Source: Tetramitus jugosus
Taxonomy: Eukaryota; Protista; Heterolobosea
Direction: 5' to 3'
Assembly (NCBI GenBank): GCA_937625935.1
Contig: OW569366.1
Coordinates: forward strand, 372,001 to 436,000
DNA: 64,000 bases
In this document: in pieces, positions 31,544 to 39,364 of the stretch
How the letters are laid out: each line of letters opens with the position of its first letter
How positions within the stretch are numbered: position 1 is the stretch's first letter
Made by a program: the position numbers and the translations under genes
Notes under the pieces: generated by a model
The model's database searches: none
Told to the model about the DNA's origin: nothing
Seen by the model: the letters and a program-made list of their open reading frames with translations, nothing else

Positions 31544-32940
31544 TTTTTTTTAATACAACAAATGGTGCTCACGCACCACGTTGCGGAACTTTTATTTTTC
31601 TTTTGCGTGAGAGCAGGCTTGCCTGCTCTCAATTGTCTAACATGATGTGGTGTTTGCCCAGTGGAGTGGCAGGCCTACGCAACAGGATTCATTCTCTTCT
31701 TGGAATGTTGTTTTGATCCCTTCTTCAGGGATTCGTTGCGAGGGCCTCCACTACCATCTGGAGCACCACTGATGAGGTCAGATGGCTCCGTAGTCCTAGC
31801 CAGTTGGTAGGACCTACGGAGAGCACCTGACTTGATACTGGCCAACCTGGCCGGGATCTTGTTGGCAGCAGTGTCACCAACGGTGACACGTGCTGATCGC
31901 TTCTTGTGTTCGTTGAGTTGGGGACTCTGTAACTCACAGTCGGGGTTACTGAGATCCAACTCAACTGGATCTTCTTCGGTGACTGTGCTTCTTGCACGGT
32001 CCACCATGATTGCTCGGGCAGCAATCTCTTTCTTAACTTTCTTGAACACCTCGGAGGTGTTCAATACTAGCTGGAGGATTGCTCTGTTACGAGCATCCTC
32101 ATCAATGGTGTTGTTGGTTGGCTCTTGGGTGACTGCAGTTGGAGTGGCGGGATGGGATTCCGGCATGATCGACTCCCAGTCATCGTTCGTAGAGGGAGTC
32201 GAAGGTTCGAATTCGGAGATTCGCTCCGGCGTCCTTGGAGACGGGGATGCGAGGGGAATCCGATTGACGGAAGCCATGTCTTTTAACACACTGACTTGGT
32301 GGCGCAGGTCGTCCACCACAGCCAGTAGCTCTTGGTACATCTTGGTCAGCCTCTTGCTGACAGCCTTGACCGGATCACGTGGGCGTGGAAGGAAGCGCTT
32401 TGCTTCCACCTCCACTGGCATGGATTGAACGTTCCGAAGCAAAGCTTCGACATACGTTTCGGACTCCATCACAACAAAGGCGGTGTTGTGCTTCTTGAGC
32501 ACGTTCTTGACCTTTGTTGTGCCAAGCATGACCTTGATGTCGTCCTCCGTCTTACCTTTGACACCGTGGAGGATGACCTTCTTGGCACAATCTACGTTGT
32601 GCTTGAGTGCTGCCTTGCAGCCACTCATCTTCTTGTTGCGGTTGAAGGATTCAACAAACGGGTAAATGTTGTCATCAACAACAGTTACCCACGCAACAAA
32701 CCTCTTGGGGCCCTTCTTGATGACTTGGACCCTGGTGAGCAAATCACCAAAATCCAAGCCAATCTTCTTGGCCAAGGCAGCCTTGGGAGAGTCATCACAC
32801 TTTCCAGTGATGATGACCTCCTTGCTGCTTGGCGCAGTTCCTCTTGGCGCTGTGGTCCACACAGCATAGCGTGGATTCTCATACTCACGAACAACAGGGG
32901 TGTGTGTTCGTTTTTCTCCAGGTGTTGCTTGTAAGTTGAT
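31544..32940 (-). mobile_element. Best-preserved ORF1-only retroposon copy, abutting the 5' flank of tRNA-Val
   Basis: Open frame 31675 to beyond 32940 with no initiating ATG at its 5' end. Two RRM-like segments plus a coiled coil; 3' UTR with hairpins, AATAAA and an A8 tail (T-run 31544-31551). Markedly more GC-rich than its flanks. The 5' boundary is approximate. Confidence 0.75.
31675..32862 (-). CDS. Element-encoded ORF1/gag-like nucleic-acid-binding protein, 5'-truncated
   Basis: At least 395 codons; KEVIITG...FVAWVTV and KKVILHG...TAFVVM (RRM-like alternation); heptads LTKMYQELLAVVDDLRHQVSVL; basic tail. No RT or endonuclease motifs. Confidence 0.6.
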   Translation of the reverse strand: MWTTAPRGTAPSSKEVIITGKCDDSPKAALAKKIGLDFGDLLTRVQVIKKGPKRFVAWVTVVDDNIYPFVESFNRNKKMSGCKAALKHNVDCAKKVILHGVKGKTEDDIKVMLGTTKVKNVLKKHNTAFVVMESETYVEALLRNVQSMPVEVEAKRFLPRPRDPVKAVSKRLTKMYQELLAVVDDLRHQVSVLKDMASVNRIPLASPSPRTPERISEFEPSTPSTNDDWESIMPESHPATPTAVTQEPTNNTIDEDARNRAILQLVLNTSEVFKKVKKEIAARAIMVDRARSTVTEEDPVELDLSNPDCELQSPQLNEHKKRSARVTVGDTAANKIPARLASIKSGALRRSYQLARTTEPSDLISGAPDGSGGPRNESLKKGSKQHSKKRMNPVA

Positions 32941-32955
32941 GGAAAATTCCCAAGA

Positions 32956-33028
32956 GCAGGCGTAGATCAGTGGTTAGATCGTGGCCTTCACACGGCCGAG
33001 GTCGTGGGTTCGATCCCCATCGTCTGTA
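32956..33028 (+). tRNA. tRNA-Val(CAC)
   Basis: GCAGGCG/CGTCTGT acceptor stem, TGGCC-TTCACAC-GGCCG anticodon arm, GGTTCGATCC, followed by TTTTT. Confidence 0.93.
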
Positions 33029-33399
33029 ATTTTTAACTCCATGCTTGGGGATGCGAAGGGTTCATACCTTTTTTCTTGCTCGTTTAATAAAATGAAACTC
33101 TTCCGCACACTGTATATTACACAGAGATGAGATCGGATCAACAGAATACCAACTGCCGAATAATTGAATCAATTGAGAATGGTGTTCATGTTGATGGTAT
33201 TCCTCCAAAACCAATTCTGATCTCTGTCTATTTCTCCGTTAAAAAACGAATTCACTCACAATGCATTCAATGTTGCCAAAAAAATCACTTAAGAAGTTTG
33301 TGACAAGTGTTGCTTATGGAATGGGAGAGAAAGTCAAATGCAGTATTACAAAATGAATAAATGGGCGTTCACTTTACAAATCTGGAGGCAAGAAACCCG

Positions 33400-34886
33400 G
33401 TCCCATTTAATTATTGACAATGTTATCGCATGGTATTACTAATTTCAATCCTCAAGAGAGAGTAGTGTTGTTGTCATCAAACACTATTGAAGTAAAAAAT
33501 TTGTTCCTCGGATTTCTTTTGCGTCACACAGTCAATAAAAGGCTTCAGTCAACCCAAAAAAAGAAAAACAAAATAACGGAAATACTTGGATCCAAACACA
33601 ATCGTTCTTTTAGAGTTCTCTGGTTCCACTTGTCGATTGTAGTGATTGATGTGAAGGATGATAATACTCGGTCTTGCAAAATTGATTTGTTCTGCAGGTG
33701 AGAATGCGAGTACATTGTGGATGAGAACGTTTGTTTTGTTCAACAATTAACATAGTAAAAAACGCTAATGTATTCTCTCGATAGAGAATGGAAGTTGTTG
33801 TAGTTGCAAAACATTTTTTTAATGTAAGATAAATTTTTTAAAAAACAAGATGAAGTCCAATGAGAGGAATGGAAACTTTAAACAAAGATGAAAAGGTATA
33901 TATTGTTGGCATAGAAATAGTGTTTCTAGTCGAAGAGCTGCAAATTTTAGGTTCCTAAATTTACTCCACATTTTTGTGTGGAGAAATAATCTGCTACGGA
34001 ACACTCTGATTATCGAAAAGATAACAGAAGTCTAAAATTGGGAATAAGCATCAAATCCTTCTCTGTCATGCAAAATATGATATTGAGAGTCTTCGATTCT
34101 CTTGCATTGGAACGATAATGATCGAAAATTTATTTAGAATAGTTCGACATGAACCGATATTTCATCATTGCTAACTACTGTGAGTCATTTACCAAAGCAT
34201 GTAGATAGTGTTGTTCCCAGAGTACAATTTATTTAGCTGAATTGGATACGGAAGAAAGCTAAGTTTAGTTAATGAAATCCATTGTTGTATGAAGTCTGGG
34301 AAGGTAACCTAGGTGGCACAATTTCATTTGATTTTAGTCGAGATGAAACTTCTCAGATTTCCATGGACTTAGATGATATGAGAGAATCCCAGAAATGTAT
34401 CAAGAATTCGCACTTAAACAATATGGAAGCTTTGAAATAGATTGAAAAACAAGGGTCCAAAACACATTGCTCGGGCGATTGAAAGTCAGGACATTGCGCG
34501 CAACTGGTTAAAAAGCACTTCTTTCCCTAGAGTAACTCTCTTTTGTTGTGCTGTGATTGGAGCAAATATTGAGGTGTTGAATTGGTTGTATGACAACGAA
34601 GTTGTTTCACGAGAGCGCATCCAAACCAAACTACCACACACAGATTTGGTTGTGCATAACCTTGATACACGTGCAAGAATGACAAAATCAAATGTTGTCA
34701 CAAAAACAAATTCCCTGTTGGAGATTTTGCCATAAATTATTCAATCCGGTCTGGAAGCAAGTGTTGGATTGGCTCGAAGAGAGGAAATTGAACGGGTCCG
34801 TTGATGAACCAGATATCGCAACGACACACAACAAAGTGATTAACAAATGGTTGATAGATCATGGCTATATTCCAAAGCAATCTTAA
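33400..34886 (+). pseudogene. AT-rich, heavily decayed gene with ankyrin-like xLxWL repeats
   Basis: Broken frames giving CAVIGANIEVLNWLYDN, QVLDWLEER and VINKWLIDHGY; many stops. Boundaries are approximate. Confidence 0.45.
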
Positions 34887-34972
34887 TAAAAACTTTGTTC
34901 TGGCATTCATTCATTGCACGATTCATATTAGAAACAATAACCCTTCCCTATTTTTTATTGCAACATGTCGAA

Positions 34973-35848
34973 TTAAGAACATCCTACTCCATTGGAAATG
35001 CCTTGGTTTTGGCCAGCAACACATTGATTTGCACCTTGGACTAAACCACTGCTTGCGGCGGTGGTACCACAACAACTATAAACAGCAGTGCTAAAGCAAG
35101 CACTTTGTCCTGGACAGTAATTTGGAGCAGCGCAATTGCACAAATGATTTCCAGTCAAACACTTGTATGCCGATAGTGCATAACATTGACTGCCACAGAG
35201 AGCTTGACCCGTACCACAAGAGGAAGGTGGTGGAGGAGGGATAGAAGGTGGGGGAGGTGTACTTGTGAGCAGAAGCACTTCACCACCAACACATCCATGG
35301 GTTACCGGATTATAGCATGAAATTCCACACAGTTGAGAACCAGTAGGGCAGACTGTAGTTCCACCCAAGCAGGTGTGAGTAGCAGAACTGAAGCACAATC
35401 CTTGTGTACCACATGTTCCTGTTCCGCACGTTCCACATGTTCCTCCTGTAAGTGGGGTGATCACACCAGCAACACATCGGAAGAGGGTAGGGTTGTAGCA
35501 GGTAGTACCACAAAGACCAAATGAAACTGGACAGAGTTGATTGCTTGGTGAGAAACAACGTTCAGTAGTGGGGTTGTAACAAGTAGAGCCACAGAGACGG
35601 AACGAAACTGAACAAAGCTGATTGCTTGGTGTAAAGCAGCGATGTGTAGTTGGATTGTAGCAAACAGATCCACAAAGACCAAACGAGATTGAGCAGATGT
35701 GATCACCTGGCTGAATACATCGATGAGTCAGTGGGTTGTAGCACAGAGTACCGCAAGCCACTCTTCCTGTTGGACATGTGGTTTGGGTTCGAGCATAAGC
35801 AAACATTGCTACAAGAGCAATGACAAACAAGTAAATTGAGAATTTCAT
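34973..35848 (-). CDS. Secreted Cys-rich protein with eight CGxxCYxPxxxxC modules (CBM52-like) and a Pro linker
   Basis: Signal peptide MKFSIYLFVIALVAMFAYA; 27-aa period over the first four modules (CGTLCYNPLTHRC, CGSVCYNPTTHRC, CGSTCYNPTTERC, CGTTCYNPTLFRC); TPPPPSIPPPPP linker. Confidence 0.85.
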   Translation of the reverse strand: MKFSIYLFVIALVAMFAYARTQTTCPTGRVACGTLCYNPLTHRCIQPGDHICSISFGLCGSVCYNPTTHRCFTPSNQLCSVSFRLCGSTCYNPTTERCFSPSNQLCPVSFGLCGTTCYNPTLFRCVAGVITPLTGGTCGTCGTGTCGTQGLCFSSATHTCLGGTTVCPTGSQLCGISCYNPVTHGCVGGEVLLLTSTPPPPSIPPPPPSSCGTGQALCGSQCYALSAYKCLTGNHLCNCAAPNYCPGQSACFSTAVYSCCGTTAASSGLVQGANQCVAGQNQGISNGVGCS

Positions 35849-36412
35849 TATTGGTTGGTTTGGTGGTTAAGTGGTTAAGTGCATTTAAGACCAAAATCTG
35901 TGACTTTTATAGTGAGGTTTATGATGGATCGATCTTAACTCTTCGGAGGTCGATCAAAGAAAGTCGGATCAGCATGATACCAATTCAACATATCGGACAA
36001 AAAAGTCCTTTTGTGTTTCGATCGACTACTGAAAAAAGCCAAATTGAATTTCTGAAAATGGTATCAATCTGCACAAATGTCCGAAATTTTGCGGCGAGTT
36101 GGCTATTGGCTACCCGTCAAATTCACTTATTTCATCACACTGCCGATGAGAAAGATAAGTTTGGTCGCTGGGTGTGCGAATCTGAGGTAAAATTCTGATT
36201 CCCTTGCAGCAACGAACCAGTCACGAAGATTGTTGGTGAAAATTATGTCCTTGGTGTTGTGATCCTTGGACATATCCCATTATGTTGTGTGTTAAAAATT
36301 TTATTGACTGTTGTATTATAAGTAGCAATTAACCAACACCGCAAGGCATCTCAAAAATAGGATCGAGATATCCAATTCCTTTACAACACAAAATACAGAT
36401 GAGATTTTACAT

Positions 36413-37342
36413 TTACTCCATGAACCATCCATTGGAAACAATAAAGGATTGACCAGTCAAAGCATTGGACTCGAATCCAGCCACGAAAGCAGCAGCATTT
36501 GCCACATCCTCCACTGTTGCAAACTCGCCATTGACAGTGTCCTTGAGCATAATCTTTTGAACCACTTCTTCCTCAGAAATGTTCAACTCCTTGGCTTGTT
36601 CAGGAATCTGTTTCTCAACCAATGGAGTCAACACAAAACCAGGGCAAATGACATTCGCACTCACATTGTGCTTTGCAGCTTCCTTGGCCACAGTTCTGCA
36701 CAATCCCAAGACACCATGCTTTGCACTGACATAAGGTGCCTTCAATGGAGAAGCAGTCTTGGAGTGAACACTACCAATATAAATGACCTTTCCAGATTTT
36801 TGTTCGTACATGTGCTTCAAAGCAGCCTTGGTGCACAAAAATGGCGCGTCCAAGTGAACGCTCAAAATTTTGCGCCAATTTTCAAACTCCAAATCTACGA
36901 CGCTTGAAATGTGCTGCACACCAGCGTTGCAAACAAGCACATCCAATCTTCCATACTTTTCAATGATGGAGTTCATTCCCAAATTAACTTGATTCTCATC
37001 AGTCACATCCATTGGAACAGCATAATGATCACTACCTTCTAACTTGTCTACTGTTTGAGTGGCAGCCAAGTACCTTAAATCTCCGACAACGACTTTGGCG
37101 CCCATAGCGGCGAATTTCTTGCAAATGCCCTCTCCGATTCCTGATCCTCCGCCAGTCACAAAACAAACCTTGCCCTTGAGGTTACCAATCGAAGGACTAA
37201 TTGGTGCTTCTACTGTTTCTGTTGTTTGATTTTGTCTCATTTGTTGGTTGGTCATGTTGGCAAACAAGTGGTTCTTCTGATGAGAGATTGTGCTTCTTGG
37301 GAGAAGGGTTTTGGTGGCAATGGTTCTTGAGATTCTTTGCAT
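36413..37342 (-). CDS. bdhA: D-3-hydroxybutyrate dehydrogenase (bacterial BdhA-type SDR) with a putative mitochondrial presequence
   Basis: TGGGSGIG, NAGVQH, GSVHS, PLKAPYVSAKHG, CPGFVLTPLVEKQIP. ATG at 37342 gives the R/T/S-rich leader MQRISRTIATKTLLPRST and agrees with the extent of the duplicate copy. Confidence 0.9.
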   Translation of the reverse strand: MQRISRTIATKTLLPRSTISHQKNHLFANMTNQQMRQNQTTETVEAPISPSIGNLKGKVCFVTGGGSGIGEGICKKFAAMGAKVVVGDLRYLAATQTVDKLEGSDHYAVPMDVTDENQVNLGMNSIIEKYGRLDVLVCNAGVQHISSVVDLEFENWRKILSVHLDAPFLCTKAALKHMYEQKSGKVIYIGSVHSKTASPLKAPYVSAKHGVLGLCRTVAKEAAKHNVSANVICPGFVLTPLVEKQIPEQAKELNISEEEVVQKIMLKDTVNGEFATVEDVANAAAFVAGFESNALTGQSFIVSNGWFME

Positions 37343-37689
37343 GATTTGATTCAGTTTGGTTTTTGTGATCACTGCTTTTATAGTGTTGTTTTTTTGTGGG
37401 TGGTGAGAACAAGGAAGGGTGAAGATGTTTCGTTGGGTTTGGGAGCTGAATCGGAATTGTGATGCTGCCAGCAACTTGACCGCACGCGCATGCGCTGAAG
37501 CGCTTTTGCGCAGCACATTTATCAGAACAGCCCCAGGTATTGAGAGATGAGAGATATCTGCCGTGTCGGCGTCACACGTGGAGATCCAATATTGTACATG
37601 TCTCGAACAAGGAGAACGATTGAGATATGTGTCCACTTGAGATCTCCTGATCTGGGGAATGCTTGAGATATTCATTTGTTTGCATATTC

Positions 37690-39276
37690 TTATCCACTAA
37701 TGTCACATCCAGGGCAATTGTGTACATCGTTGTGAATGTACGAATCGCACTCGATACAAAACACTTTTTGACATTGGAGGCACAGTAGTCGAAGTGTACT
37801 TTCTTTTGGCAGATGCTTCATGCATGAAAAACAGGCCAACTGTTTCTGAGTAGTCAGTTCTCTCAGCTTTGGAATTTGCATGGTTTGTGCCGATTGTTCA
37901 TTCAGTTCAATGAATGGTTTCACGGGGAACAAGTGATGATAGGATCGAGCCAAATGAGGCGAAGAAACCAATGTCAGACCACAGACTTTGCACTCTGTTG
38001 GTAATTCACAATATTTGCTCTTGCATTTTGGACAAATGTAGCCTCCTGATCTCACTTCCTGATGACAAGCACAAACACTGAAATAGCTCTCTGATTTCTT
38101 CTGTGGGAATCCCATACGAATCAGCGAAGCAGTTGTCGATCTTGTTTGCTTGGTGGTCACAGGTGGTGGCGAAGCGAAATCAAACAGGCATTCCTTGAAA
38201 TTCTCAGTGTTGAGAGGCACAGAAATGTTACCATTGGTCTCCTTGGCAATACACTTGAGAATGTGCATCTCTGCGTCCAATGAAACCACAGAGCATCGAA
38301 TATTGTTGTCTTTGAGTTCCTTAATCGTCTGGAATATATCTCCCGGGTCACAAGTGCTCAAACTAGAGTACACAATCAAAATTTCCTTGCTTCCATAGCT
38401 CGGTATCTGACTCAGTGACGCCATTCCTAGTTTAAGTGCATTCTGAAGCGATGCCTCACCTCCCATTTTCTTACTTCTCTGTTTTTCCATTTGTTGCATG
38501 CTCTCCAATGACTTATCACTCGGATCCATGAACAAGAATTGTTCCTTGAGTGCTCTCAACAATTGATTGACTGATCCACTGAGCTCCGAACACTTGTCCG
38601 CAATTGAATTTCTCGTCGCAATCAATCCCATCTGAGACAACGGATTCTGATCAAAGTACTCCTTGACATATTCAGCACAAGTCTCATGAACAATCTCTAG
38701 ACGTGCAGTTCTTGATCCATGCTCCATTGGTTGCATAATACCATTGCTCATATCCACCACAAGGTACAAGTATCGGATAATTCCCTTTCTAATAATAGAA
38801 ACAGGAGCTTGTTGAACAGAGAGATCAACAATGTCAGCCGATGTGGTTGTGCTTGAGATGGCTTCTCCAGTAGGTGTCAATGTAGATGTTGTGACTGTTG
38901 ATTTTTGAGCCAAATAGTGAATCGTGTTCTGCAACAAATAATTCTTATTTTGTGAAATTCGCGCTCTTTTTCTCCGCTCCTCCTGTAGACGCAATTGTTG
39001 AAGTTGAGCCAATTTTTCTTCTTCGCTGGATGCGTCACGGTCGAGTAAATCAATCTTGAATTGTTTTTCCCAAGTGTATCCTCTGCCAGTGGATGACTTG
39101 TGTTTGCTGTAACCGTAAATGTCATCGTCTGCTTGATCATCATCGTGATCGCCTTCATCAATGCGAATAATGTTGTTTTTTTGTTGTTGTTGTGAGGAGG
39201 AGGAGGATGCTTGAGCAGCTTGTTGTTGCTGTTGTTGCTGCTGTTGAGCAATTTTTTGAAGTCGACTGATGAACAT
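37690..39276 (-). CDS. GTF2H2: TFIIH subunit p44 (Ssl1)
   Basis: GYTWE, GIIRYLYLVVDMS, YFDQNPLSQ, SLSTCDPGDI, GYICPKCKSKYCELP, SSPHLARSYHHLFP, C-terminal C1-like finger. Confidence 0.96.
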   Translation of the reverse strand: MFISRLQKIAQQQQQQQQQAAQASSSSSQQQQKNNIIRIDEGDHDDDQADDDIYGYSKHKSSTGRGYTWEKQFKIDLLDRDASSEEEKLAQLQQLRLQEERRKRARISQNKNYLLQNTIHYLAQKSTVTTSTLTPTGEAISSTTTSADIVDLSVQQAPVSIIRKGIIRYLYLVVDMSNGIMQPMEHGSRTARLEIVHETCAEYVKEYFDQNPLSQMGLIATRNSIADKCSELSGSVNQLLRALKEQFLFMDPSDKSLESMQQMEKQRSKKMGGEASLQNALKLGMASLSQIPSYGSKEILIVYSSLSTCDPGDIFQTIKELKDNNIRCSVVSLDAEMHILKCIAKETNGNISVPLNTENFKECLFDFASPPPVTTKQTRSTTASLIRMGFPQKKSESYFSVCACHQEVRSGGYICPKCKSKYCELPTECKVCGLTLVSSPHLARSYHHLFPVKPFIELNEQSAQTMQIPKLRELTTQKQLACFSCMKHLPKESTLRLLCLQCQKVFCIECDSYIHNDVHNCPGCDISG

Positions 39277-39364
39277 TTTGTGTTTGTTTTTTTTCTTGTT
39301 GTGATCAAAGAAAAATTGCGTTCCATTTTTTATGCGAACAATGTTTTATCTTGGGAATGTCCGA

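Noticed and set aside
37486-37495. GCGCATGCGC (NRF1-like palindrome) upstream of bdhA
   Set aside because: Single short palindrome; NRF1 is not expected in this lineage.
37343-37675. N-terminal extension of the bdhA ORF in the track
   Set aside because: Looks like promoter/UTR sequence; the duplicate copy and the presequence both point to the ATG at 37342.
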